From Candidatus Sericytochromatia bacterium (GTDB lineage Bacteria > Cyanobacteriota > Sericytochromatia > S15B-MN24 > JAQBPE01), in NCBI GenBank assembly GCA_035285125.1, contig JAYKHR010000045.1, positions 96,001 to 160,000 of the forward strand: a stretch of 64,000 nt of DNA, in the 5' to 3' direction. Made by a program: the position numbers and the translations under genes. This document shows positions 1 through 8,385 of this stretch, in pieces. A model generated the notes under the pieces. That model was given only the letters and a program-made list of their open reading frames with translations. It had not been told where the DNA came from and made no database searches. Within the stretch, counting starts at the first letter, position 1. Each line of letters begins with the position of its first letter.

Positions 1-1048
1 CCCCGAGGCCTGGCGGCGGCGAGGTGGGCCGGGGGCGCGGCCTCGGCAGGACGGTGCGCTCGACGGCCTGCGCGGCGGCTCCTCCCGGGTCGCCGGCGTG
101 GGCACCTGCCGCCGGCCTGGCGTGGCCGCCCGGATGAGCGGCAGCGCCAGCGCGGCCGTGCGGCGTCGCCTCAGGCGCAGCCCCGCCGGGTGCGGGCGCC
201 TGACCGTGGCCCACGGCCTCGGGCGCAGCCCCCCGGGGAGCGGGCGCCTCACCGTGGCCCGCGGCCTCGGGCGCGGGTGCGGCCGTGGCGCCCCCCTTGC
301 CGGACCTTGCCGCGTGGGCGACGGCTGGGCGCTTCGCCTCCCCGTGGATTCCGGCCGTCGCCGCGGCGGCATGGGGCGAGGCCCCCTCCGGGCCTGCGGC
401 CTTTTGATGCGGCTCCTTGCCGGGTGGTGCCTCCTCCCACCAGGACCGAAGGCGGGCCCCCAAGGCCTCGAACCAGGAGGGCCCCTGCGCCTTGGCCGGG
501 CCTTTCTGCTTGAGCCCGAGCAGGTCGTGGGTGGGAGGCTGGGCCTCGTCACGGGCCACGAGCGACGGCGTGGCCGCCGGCTTGGCCTGCCCATGGCCAG
601 AGGCCGGCTTGCCGTGGCCGTGGGCCTTCGCGTGGCCGGCGGCCTTGGCAGGGCCGTGGCGCTCTCCGTGCTCGGCCGCCTCGCCGTGGCCGTGGCCGGG
701 GGCCTTGGCCTGCCCGTCGCCAGAGGCCGGCTCGCCGTGGCGGTGCCCCTCCCCGTGGCCGGCCGCCACCTCGTCGTGCACCTCCGCGGCCTCGTGCCGG
801 CCCGGCACGGGGATGGTCCCATCCATCACGAGGCTGCCGACGAGCAGCATCGGCAGGGGCAACACCGCCCCGAGGAGGGCAAGGATGGCCCGACGGCCGG
901 ACGACCCCTCGGGCCGCCACCGGCGCCCGAGGCGGCCGCGCACCACCTGCAGGCCGACCCCTCGGTGCTTGGCGCGCCGTCGCACGCCAGAGCGCGCAGC
1001 GGGGGTGCCTTCGGGGGAGGCGCCGTCGGTTGCGGTTTCCTCGGTCAT
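1..1048 (-). CDS. His/Gly/Ala/Pro-rich membrane-anchored protein, 3' end runs off the window
   Basis: My translation from ATG at 1048 (MTEETATDGASPEG...) stays open to the window edge, so it is absent from the ORF track. One hydrophobic segment (AILALLGAVLPLPMLLVGSLVM) is followed by HGEGHRHGE/GHGHGEAAEHGERHG repeats. Codons are GC3-rich. Confidence 0.7.
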   Translation of the reverse strand, partial: MTEETATDGASPEGTPAARSGVRRRAKHRGVGLQVVRGRLGRRWRPEGSSGRRAILALLGAVLPLPMLLVGSLVMDGTIPVPGRHEAAEVHDEVAAGHGEGHRHGEPASGDGQAKAPGHGHGEAAEHGERHGPAKAAGHAKAHGHGKPASGHGQAKPAATPSLVARDEAQPPTHDLLGLKQKGPAKAQGPSWFEALGARLRSWWEEAPPGKEPHQKAAGPEGASPHAAAATAGIHGEAKRPAVAHAARSGKGGATAAPAPEAAGHGEAPAPRGAAPEAVGHGQAPAPGGAAPEATPHGRAGAAAHPGGHARPAAGAHAGDPGGAAAQAVERTVLPRPRPRPTSPPPGLG

Positions 1049-1138
1049 GGGGGCGTGGGGCGTTCCATCGGGCTCGGGCGGTCCACCCCCGCGGGGCGGG
1101 CAGGCTCTTCATACCCTCGGGGTGGCCGAACACTTCTT

Positions 1139-1215
1139 CCTTATAATATTTATTATCTTTACAACTGCAATGTGACCGGGAAACGAGGGGGTGCCGTCCC
1201 CCCCGTGCTAGAATG
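1139..1215. promoter_or_regulatory. AT-rich divergent promoter region with an ATAAT-N4-ATTAT dyad and an extended -10 (TGcTAGAAT) upstream of add
   Basis: ttataatatttattatc at 1141-1157 stands out in very GC-rich DNA. gtgctagaat is at 1205-1214. Confidence 0.5.
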
Positions 1216-1255
1216 ACCCACCGGCCCCGCCACCACCACGCAGAAGGGACGCGCC

Positions 1256-2320
1256 ATGACCCTCACCCGGGACACCATCCTGGCCTGGCCGAAGGCCGAC
1301 CTGCACTGCCACCTGGACGGCTCGCTCAGGCTCTCCACGCTGCTCGACCTCGCGCGGAAGCAGGGCAAGGTCGGCGAGCTGCCCACCGACGATCCCGCCG
1401 AGCTCCAGCGCATCCTGGAAGCCATCGACTCCTCGAGTTCCCTGGCCGACTTCCTGGTCTGGTTCAAGTACACGATCATGGTGATGCAGGACGCCGAGAG
1501 CCTGCACCGGATTGCCTACGAGCTGGTCGAGGACGCCGCGAGGGAGAACGTCATCTACCTCGAGGTGCGCTACTCGCCGATCGAGCACCGCCGGGAGGGC
1601 CTCAGCCTGACCGAGGTGAACGACGCCGTGCTGGCGGGCCTACGCGACGCCGAACGGGACACGGGCACCAAGGCCCGGGTGATCATCTGCGGCCTGCGCG
1701 ACCGCTTCGAGTCGGAGTCCTTCCGCCTCGCGGAGTTGGCCGTGGCGTATAAAAACAAGGGCGTGGTCGCCTTCGATCTGGCGGGCGGCGAGGCAGGCAA
1801 CCCGGCCAAGCTCCACGTTCATGCCTTCGCTCATGCGAGGGACAAAAACCTGAATATCACGGTGCATGCCGGCGAAGCTTGGGGCCCTGCGAGCATCCAC
1901 CAAGCAATCAACGACTGCGGCGCGCATCGCATCGGGCATGGTGTCACGCTGCGTGAGGACCTGGATCTCCTGCAGTACGTGATCGACCACCGCATCCCTC
2001 TGGAGCTCTGCCCCACAAGCAACGTGCAAACACGCGTGGTGCCAAGCCTGGCTGAACACCCCATCAGGGACTACATTGACCAGCAGGTCCGCGTCACCGT
2101 CAACACCGACAACAGGCTGTTCTCTCGCACCTCCGTCACGGACGAGCTGTGGCGCTGCCACACGGCCCTCGACCTCGATGAGCGCACGCTGAAGTGGATC
2201 GTGCTGAACGGCTTCAAGAGCGCCTTCCTGCCCTACGAGGAGCGCCAGGCCCTGCTCCGGCACGTGCTCCCGATCCTCGACATGAGCCGCTACACCCTCG
2301 AGCCCCCCGCTTCTCGCTGA
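1256..2320 (+). CDS. add: Adenosine deaminase
   Basis: PKADLHCHLDGS, HAGE, RIGHG, LELCPTSN and VNTDN motifs. 354 aa with a gaaggg RBS. Confidence 0.93.
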   Translation: MTLTRDTILAWPKADLHCHLDGSLRLSTLLDLARKQGKVGELPTDDPAELQRILEAIDSSSSLADFLVWFKYTIMVMQDAESLHRIAYELVEDAARENVIYLEVRYSPIEHRREGLSLTEVNDAVLAGLRDAERDTGTKARVIICGLRDRFESESFRLAELAVAYKNKGVVAFDLAGGEAGNPAKLHVHAFAHARDKNLNITVHAGEAWGPASIHQAINDCGAHRIGHGVTLREDLDLLQYVIDHRIPLELCPTSNVQTRVVPSLAEHPIRDYIDQQVRVTVNTDNRLFSRTSVTDELWRCHTALDLDERTLKWIVLNGFKSAFLPYEERQALLRHVLPILDMSRYTLEPPASR

Positions 2321-2327
2321 GCCCCCC

Positions 2328-2951
2328 ATGGTTCTCGAACTGACGTCAGTCTTCGTCGGCTTCGTCGCGGCCTGCATGGGCGCGACCCTGATGCGGCGGC
2401 GCTTGTCGGCTCAGCGGCGGGACCTGGAGTCATCACGCAACGTACAAACTGAGCGAATCCTGGCCCTGCTGGCTTCCCAGCAACCCGGGGTCTGGGACGT
2501 GGAGGAGCTTCGGGACCTGGTGACCCGCACGGCGTCGTCGTTCTGGAGCGCCCCGACGCGAGAGGCGCTGGAGGGCCTGCAGGCCTGGGTGCAGCCAGAG
2601 ATGCTGAGCGGGCAGGCTGCACGGTGGCCGGCAGAGGCGGTGCGGCGCGAGGCCGTCGTCACCCTGGCCCGCCCCCCGGTCTTCGTGCACGTCACGGAAG
2701 GCGGGCCGGGCGCCGATCGTGTGGTCGTTCGCTTCGAGGCCCACATCTCCCAGGACTTCTTCCGTGCCGATGGGGTCTGTATCCGCACGGAGCGGCACCC
2801 TGCCGGGGTCTCGTATCACCTGTGGCACCACGAAGACGGGCAAGGTTGGCGGTTGGAGGGCATCAGCGAGCGCTTCCCCGGGCACGAACCCAGCCCCTCC
2901 TCCACCACCGCAGGGATCCGCCCGCTGCACGGCTCGCGCCAGGCCCGGTGA
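2328..2951 (+). CDS. Hypothetical protein with N-terminal TM anchor, possibly Tim44/NTF2-like fold
   Basis: Starts 7 nt after the add stop. Hydrophobic N-terminus. The C-terminal 'VVVRFEA...W...WRLEGI' pattern resembles Tim44-like domains (inference). Confidence 0.55.
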   Translation: MVLELTSVFVGFVAACMGATLMRRRLSAQRRDLESSRNVQTERILALLASQQPGVWDVEELRDLVTRTASSFWSAPTREALEGLQAWVQPEMLSGQAARWPAEAVRREAVVTLARPPVFVHVTEGGPGADRVVVRFEAHISQDFFRADGVCIRTERHPAGVSYHLWHHEDGQGWRLEGISERFPGHEPSPSSTTAGIRPLHGSRQAR

Positions 2952-3113
2952 AGGGAATGACCTGGCGCGACCAGGAAGGCCCTCAACGGCAGCCACGCGT
3001 TATCTTGTCTCCTGACGTACCCCCGGGGGCTTTCGGTCGTGTTATCCGGAACCCATTGACCTTGAAACGCCGGAAACCCGCACCAGAGCGAAGCAGCCTC
3101 ACAGCGGGGCTGA

Positions 3114-3137
3114 TTCGGATAATCAACATTATCTGAA
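3114..3137. promoter_or_regulatory. 24-bp imperfect palindrome TTCGGATAAT-caac-ATTATCTGAA (operator or RNA hairpin)
   Basis: Arms match at 9 of 10 positions. Lies between convergent genes. Confidence 0.45.
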
Positions 3138-3177
3138 CCAGCGCGATACCCCCCGTCCAGCCTGCTTGAGGCGGCAG

Positions 3178-3202
3178 CGTCCCAGGCCGTCGGCCTGGGA
3201 CG
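3178..3202. terminator. GC-rich hairpin between convergent genes
   Basis: cgtcccaggccg-t-cggcctgggacg, perfect 12-bp arms, no U-tract. Confidence 0.4.
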
Positions 3203-3275
3203 GCCTTGCGAGAGCGCGGCGCCCGACGTCAGTCAGCCGCCCGACCTGCTGGTCCGAAGGGAGCCCGCTCGAGGA

Positions 3276-4469
3276 TCAGGCCAGGGCCTGGCCGTTGTCG
3301 ACGTCATCCACGCCGGCGATGAGGGGGGCGCGGCCCGTCACGTACAGCTTGATCGTGCCCTCGGGGTGCTGGATCGTCAGGCTGCCGTCGGCCCCCTGGG
3401 TGATGGAGCCGGCCTTGCCGTCCGGATCGCGCAGCGTGAGGCTGCCCGGCCTGGAATCGAGCACCTTCAGGTTGCCCGAGAAGACGCTCTTCTTGGCCCT
3501 GCCGTCACTGCCGATCTCGTTCAGGGCGATCTTCATTCTGCCATCCGGCTGCGCCTCGGCCCGCAGGCCATAGGTGCGGCGCACGAGGCCGAACAACGCA
3601 GAGCCCTTGGCGATGAGGTCCAGCACCTGGGGGCTGGACTCCCGGATCGCCGCGGTGCCCGAGACGTCGAAGCCCTTCACCGAGGTGCCGGGGGCCAGCC
3701 TCAGGCGCGTGCCGGCAGGCAAGCCCGAGAGCTGCAACAGCCCGGGCCGAGCGGTCGTCGGCTGGGAGGGAGCCGGGATGACGGGCGGCGGGGTCGGCGA
3801 GGGCGGGGTGGGCGCAGGCGTCGTCTGGGCCGGCGGGATGACGGGCGGAGGCGCCGGCAGCGGCGGCGCAACGGGCGGAGGCGCCGGCAGCGGCGGCGCG
3901 ACGGGCAGAGGCGCCTGAGGCAGCGGCGCTGGGGGCACGCTCATCGGGAACGCAGGCGTCGTGGGCTGCATGCCCCAGCCCGGGGTGGGCCCGGCGGGCT
4001 GCGTGCCCCAGCCCGGAGCCGGCTGAGGCCGCATCGCCAGGATGGCGTCGAGTTGCTGCTGGAGCCGGGCGACTTCCGCCATCAGGGCCTGGATCTCGGC
4101 CACCTGCGCGGGCGTCGGCCCCGGAGCCACGGGCGGCGTCTGGCCCCAGGGCGAGGGCTGCTGCGGCACGCTCGGGTAAGACGGCGTCTGGCCCCACGGC
4201 GAGGTCGGCTGCTGCGGCACGCTCGGGTAAGGCGGCGTCTGGCCCCACGGCGAGGGCTGCTGCGGCACGCCCGGGTAAGGCGGCGTCTGGCCCCACGGCG
4301 AGGGCTGCTGAGGCACGAAGGGCGGCGTCGCGTAAGGCGGCACCCCACCGAAGCTCGCGCCGTCCTGGCCCCAGGCCGCGGCGGCCGGCTGAGCCGGCGG
4401 GGCGACGGGCGCCGCCACCGGAGGCCGGCCGGGGAGCTGCTGGATGGAACCGACGCGGTGGATGCCCAT
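3276..4469 (-). CDS. Pro/Gln-rich repeat protein with a C-terminal beta-rich globular domain
   Basis: GGAGG RBS before ATG at 4469 (MGIHRVGS). PQQPSPWGQTPPYP repeats, a short coiled segment and Pro-rich linkers precede a ~150-aa C-terminal domain. Confidence 0.75.
   Translation of the reverse strand: MGIHRVGSIQQLPGRPPVAAPVAPPAQPAAAAWGQDGASFGGVPPYATPPFVPQQPSPWGQTPPYPGVPQQPSPWGQTPPYPSVPQQPTSPWGQTPSYPSVPQQPSPWGQTPPVAPGPTPAQVAEIQALMAEVARLQQQLDAILAMRPQPAPGWGTQPAGPTPGWGMQPTTPAFPMSVPPAPLPQAPLPVAPPLPAPPPVAPPLPAPPPVIPPAQTTPAPTPPSPTPPPVIPAPSQPTTARPGLLQLSGLPAGTRLRLAPGTSVKGFDVSGTAAIRESSPQVLDLIAKGSALFGLVRRTYGLRAEAQPDGRMKIALNEIGSDGRAKKSVFSGNLKVLDSRPGSLTLRDPDGKAGSITQGADGSLTIQHPEGTIKLYVTGRAPLIAGVDDVDNGQALA
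3841..3930. repeat. 30-bp coding tandem repeat (APPLPAPPPV), 2 good copies plus 1 degenerate
   Basis: acgggcggaggcgccggcagcggcggcgc at 3841 and 3871, with a degenerate copy at 3901. Confidence 0.8.
4132..4319. repeat. 48-bp coding tandem repeat, 4 copies (VPQQPSPWGQTPPYPS)
   Basis: Units start at about 4132, 4180 (51 bp), 4231 and 4279. They are contiguous with no spacers. Confidence 0.9.
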
Positions 4470-4563
4470 GATTCTTCCTCCGAAGGCTGAACGCCTTGGA
4501 GTGCTTATCGGGCCCACGGCGCCCAAGGGTGCCCAAGGTGGGATTAAGCTCGATTAAAAACGC

Positions 4564-5832
4564 CTAAAAGTTGGCGTAAGGCTCCGCGTCGCCCGGCACC
4601 TCGGACGAGCCCCCCGCTGCCAGCACCCACGTGTCTCGGGCCAGCGGACGATCAGGGGCCACCAGCCCCCGCAGCCAGCCCCCCCACCGCCAGTAGCGCG
4701 GCGCCCGCACGCGGGCGAGCGAGGGGGGCGCGATCGGCTCACCGCGCGTGATCGCCCGGAGCACCCCGTAGGCGGCCTTGCGCCCCCCGTCCCGTCGCAC
4801 CAGGCCGAAGTGATCCTCGATCGCCAGCAGGCCCCCGCCCCCCACGGGCCGGGGCGCATCGAACAGCTCGTAGACGTTGATCCATGGGGCCGGCCCCCCC
4901 CCGGCCTGCCCTGCCAGCAGCCCCGCCACCTGGGGCAGGGCGGCCGCGTACCAGGCCGCCATGGTGTCCTCACCCCGGGGCGCCGCCGGGAACCAGCGCC
5001 AGGGGCCCAGACGCGGCCCCGCCGGGGCGCTGGCGTAGCCGAGCTCCGCCACGGCCAGCCCCTTGCCGTGCCAGGGGCTGCCCGGCGTTCGCTGCCGTGC
5101 GAGGGCCTCCTCCAGGCAGGACCACTCCAGCGGGCCCGTTCCCGGGTGCCACGTGTCAGGGTAGTGATCGAGCGCGACGACGTCGATCGCGTCGCCCGCC
5201 TCGCGCAGCAGGCGCTCCGTGAACGGCAGCCAATCGAGCCAGCAGCCCACCGAGGGCAATGGTGGCAGCAGGTTTGCCAGGGGGTTGCAGGCGATCGGGG
5301 TCCCGGGGGGGAAGGCCGCCCGAACAGCGCGAAACAGGCCGACCAGGACCTCCCAAGGCACGCCCACTGGCACGCCGAGGCGGCCGACGCGGCGCATGTC
5401 GAAGAGCATCGCATCGCCCTTCAGCGCCGCCATGTAGTTGTTCGGCTCGTTCCACACCTGCACCACGGCGAGACCACCGCCCCAGGCGCGGGCGACGCGC
5501 CCCACCCAGGCCTCCCAGCCCGCGAGGAAGGCCACCGGCGACGCCTCCCACAGGCCGCGGGCCCACGGCGGTGGGTGGTAGAGCAGGCCATAGACCGCCA
5601 GGCCCCGGCTGGCCGCCTCGGCGAGGAAGCCCTCGTACCAGGCCCAGGCGGCCGCGTCGGCCTGGCCCCGGGCGGGCTCCAGCCACGCCCAGTCCACGTC
5701 GAGCCGCACGCCCCCGACGCCGAGCTCCTCCAGCGCGTCGAACGCCTCGGCCTGCCGCGCCCGCAGGCGCTCGGGCTCTCGGTCTGGACACAGGCGGGCG
5801 GGGTTCAGGTTGACGGACCAGGTGGGGCGCAT
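4564..5832 (-). CDS. Clan-A glycoside hydrolase (GH5/GH39/GH42-like TIM barrel)
   Basis: GVRLDVDW..LEP, QVWNEPN (acid/base Glu), VAELGY (nucleophile Glu), VYELFD and HFGL motifs. Likely start is ATG 5832. Confidence 0.8.
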   Translation of the reverse strand: MRPTWSVNLNPARLCPDREPERLRARQAEAFDALEELGVGGVRLDVDWAWLEPARGQADAAAWAWYEGFLAEAASRGLAVYGLLYHPPPWARGLWEASPVAFLAGWEAWVGRVARAWGGGLAVVQVWNEPNNYMAALKGDAMLFDMRRVGRLGVPVGVPWEVLVGLFRAVRAAFPPGTPIACNPLANLLPPLPSVGCWLDWLPFTERLLREAGDAIDVVALDHYPDTWHPGTGPLEWSCLEEALARQRTPGSPWHGKGLAVAELGYASAPAGPRLGPWRWFPAAPRGEDTMAAWYAAALPQVAGLLAGQAGGGPAPWINVYELFDAPRPVGGGGLLAIEDHFGLVRRDGGRKAAYGVLRAITRGEPIAPPSLARVRAPRYWRWGGWLRGLVAPDRPLARDTWVLAAGGSSEVPGDAEPYANF

Positions 5833-5926
5833 GGGGCCTGCGTACCCCTCTTTCCGCCCGCCAACGCGGCTCGGGCAGGGGTCGCCGGTATCGCCCGCGC
5901 CCGCGCCACGTGCTAAGATCCCCGGC

Positions 5927-7432
5927 ATGCTGCGTCGCCTCGGCTCGATCGCCCTCCTCTCCCTTGCGCTCGCCCTGCCGCCGTTCGCGCCCGCCCACGG
6001 CCAGGCGATCGGTGCCCGGGCCCTCGGCGCAGCGTCCATCAGCCGCGACGGCGCGGCCCGCCTCGACGCGCTGATCCAGCGCCTGGCACCGCCCGAGGCC
6101 CACGTCGGCATCAGCGTGCTGCGGTACGCCACCGGCCAGGTCTACTACGAGCGGGAGGCCCACAAGCTCTTCACGCCAGCCTCCATCCACAAGCTGGCCA
6201 CGGCAGGCGCTGCCCTGTCCCGCCTGGGCATCGGCCGGCGCTTCCAGACCCGCGTGGTGACGGCGGCGTTGCTCGAGAACGGTGTGCTGCACGGAGACCT
6301 CGTGCTCAAGGGCGACGGCGACCCGATGCTGATGCCCGCCGACCTCGACCGGCTGGCCGCGCAGGTGGTGGCCGCCGGCGTGCGCGAGGTGGTGGGTGAT
6401 ATGGTGGGCGACGCCACCGTGTTCGCGCCAGAGGCCCGCGGCGCCGCGGGGTGGGCCATCGACGACGTCGGGCAGGCCTACGCGGCCACGGTGTCGGGCC
6501 TGGGGCTGAACCGGAACGCGCTGGTGGTGACTGTGTCGCCAGGCACGCGCGGCGGTGAGGCGCTGAAGGTCGAGCTCACGCCCGCTAGCCGCTACGTCCA
6601 GGTGCGCAACCGGGCGACCACGCTGGCGCCCGGCGAGCAGGGCACCTTGGGCATCGGGTTCGTGACCACGGGCACCCCATGGACCGAGACGCTGAGCCTG
6701 ACGGGGGGCCTGCCCCTGGGCACGGAGAGCCAGGTCAGCACCATGGCGATGACGGAGCCCGCCCGCTTCACCCTGATCGCGTTCAAGGAAGCCCTGGTGC
6801 GCCAGGGCGTGCGCTGGCGGGGCCAGGCGCGCCTGGGCCCGGCCCCGGCGTCTGCCCGGACGCTCGCGAGCCACGCGAGCCCGCCGCTGGCGGACATCAC
6901 GGGCGAGATGCTGCGCGAGAGCGACAACCTGATCGCCGAGACATTGCTGATGCATGTGGGGGCCAAGGGGCGCGGGGGCCCGGGGACCTGGGACAAGGGT
7001 GTGTCCGAGCTGCGCAGGTTCCTGGAGCAAGCGGGCTGGAAGGCCGACACCTTCCGCCTTGCGGACGGCTCCGGGCTCTCGCGGTACAACGCCGTGAGCC
7101 CCGCGCACGTGACCCGGCTCCTCCACCACATGCCGACGCAAGGTGCTGCCTACCCGGCCTTGCTGGTCGGGTTGCCCGTCTGCGGTGTGAGCGGCACGCT
7201 CAAGGGCCGCCTCGCGACGCCGGGCGTGCGGGGCAGGCTCCGCGCCAAGACCGGGACGATGAGCGGGGTTTCGAGCCTGGCGGGCTACCTGGACACCCGC
7301 GATGGCCAGACCCTCGTGCTTGCCATCGTCGCCAACGGCTTCGTCGGCTCACCCGGCAAGCTGCGCGCCCTGCAAGACGGCGTGGTGGAACTGCTCGCCA
7401 ACCCGGACAGCGGGCTGACGCCAAGCTCCTAG
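5927..7432 (+). CDS. dacB: D-alanyl-D-alanine carboxypeptidase/endopeptidase (PBP4, peptidase S13)
   Basis: Signal peptide. PASIHK (SxxK), GDGDP, ESDN (SxN), DGSGLSRYN and AKTGT motifs. Confidence 0.93.
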   Translation: MLRRLGSIALLSLALALPPFAPAHGQAIGARALGAASISRDGAARLDALIQRLAPPEAHVGISVLRYATGQVYYEREAHKLFTPASIHKLATAGAALSRLGIGRRFQTRVVTAALLENGVLHGDLVLKGDGDPMLMPADLDRLAAQVVAAGVREVVGDMVGDATVFAPEARGAAGWAIDDVGQAYAATVSGLGLNRNALVVTVSPGTRGGEALKVELTPASRYVQVRNRATTLAPGEQGTLGIGFVTTGTPWTETLSLTGGLPLGTESQVSTMAMTEPARFTLIAFKEALVRQGVRWRGQARLGPAPASARTLASHASPPLADITGEMLRESDNLIAETLLMHVGAKGRGGPGTWDKGVSELRRFLEQAGWKADTFRLADGSGLSRYNAVSPAHVTRLLHHMPTQGAAYPALLVGLPVCGVSGTLKGRLATPGVRGRLRAKTGTMSGVSSLAGYLDTRDGQTLVLAIVANGFVGSPGKLRALQDGVVELLANPDSGLTPSS

Positions 7433-8385
7433 CCGGTGCCGGCGAGGGCCGCCATCATCCCTTGCAGCCGGGGCGGCACCGCGGCGCCGTCCGCCATGGC
7501 CCCTTCTCCGCCGCGCTTCCAGCGGAAGGTGAAGCCGGCCGGCAGCAAATTGAGCTGCACGTGGCAGAGCGCGAGGGTCTGCCCGGGCGCTGCCGTCGGC
7601 AGGCTGGAGTGCGACATCCCGCTGCCGTCGAAGACCGTCACGGCCCCTCGCCCGACCACCTCGACCCCGCGGCCGGGGGAAACGACCAGCGCCGTCCCGA
7701 CGTCCACGCCCACGCCGAGCAGGCCGGGTGCCGTGGCGGCCATGGTCGCCAGGCGGCCGAGGCGCTGCTTCTCGCAGAAGTGGTGATCGACCATGAGGCG
7801 CTTGAACAGCCCGAGCCCCGGGGACAGCGAGACCAGCCCGGCGCGGGGGTGGACGTCGAGCGTGGAGCCCGCGTCATCATCGCCTTCCTCGGCAGGAGGC
7901 TCCCAGCAGCCGGGCCCGACGACTTGCGAGGCAAGCACGGCCGCGCCAGCCCCGACACCGGCCACGCAGGCGCCGCGCACGAAGGCCTCCTGGAAGGCGG
8001 CCTCGACGGGGGTGTCGGCGAGCAGGGCGACGAGTTGCAGCGGGTCGTGGCCGACGAGCACGAGGCCCGAGGATGCGGCCAGCCTGGCGAGGAGTTCGGG
8101 CGAGGCGGCAGCTTCGCGCCCCTTGAGCGTGTGGGCCTGGACATCCGTGACCCCCACGCCCCGCAGCAGCCGGCGCCACGTCAGGGCCCCCCGCAGCCCC
8201 GGGGGCAACTCGGGAGACAGCACGGTGATGCGGCCGTTGGCGCCGCCGGCGAAAAACGCCAAGCGCGCGAGCACGGCGGGCTCTGGCGCGGTCTTGCGCT
8301 CCTCGCCCCCGATGATGAACAGCCGGCCCTTGGCTTGGCCCAACCCTGGCTCCTCCGTCGCACCCGCCTCCGGGCGCCTCATCAT
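7429..8385 (-). CDS. Cyanophycinase (peptidase S51) homolog with degenerate catalytic residues
   Basis: LFIIGGEE, DHHFCEKQRLGRL and V.G.G.VTVFD match CphB. The GTSAGA nucleophile elbow reads GVGAGA, and GIDE reads GVDV. Confidence 0.8.
   Translation of the reverse strand: MMRRPEAGATEEPGLGQAKGRLFIIGGEERKTAPEPAVLARLAFFAGGANGRITVLSPELPPGLRGALTWRRLLRGVGVTDVQAHTLKGREAAASPELLARLAASSGLVLVGHDPLQLVALLADTPVEAAFQEAFVRGACVAGVGAGAAVLASQVVGPGCWEPPAEEGDDDAGSTLDVHPRAGLVSLSPGLGLFKRLMVDHHFCEKQRLGRLATMAATAPGLLGVGVDVGTALVVSPGRGVEVVGRGAVTVFDGSGMSHSSLPTAAPGQTLALCHVQLNLLPAGFTFRWKRGGEGAMADGAAVPPRLQGMMAALAGTG

Noticed and set aside
98..1216. Plus-strand 372-aa and 252-aa ORFs
   Set aside because: Antisense to the more plausible minus-strand His-rich gene, with no motifs.
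1745..2130. Patch of A/T-ending codons inside add suggesting a recombined segment
   Set aside because: Visual impression only. It needs a GC3 sliding-window test and ortholog comparison.
4132..4319. Repeats as a possible CRISPR array (also the 24-bp repeats at 36909 and 42797)
   Set aside because: Contiguous in-frame coding repeats without unique spacers, and no cas genes.
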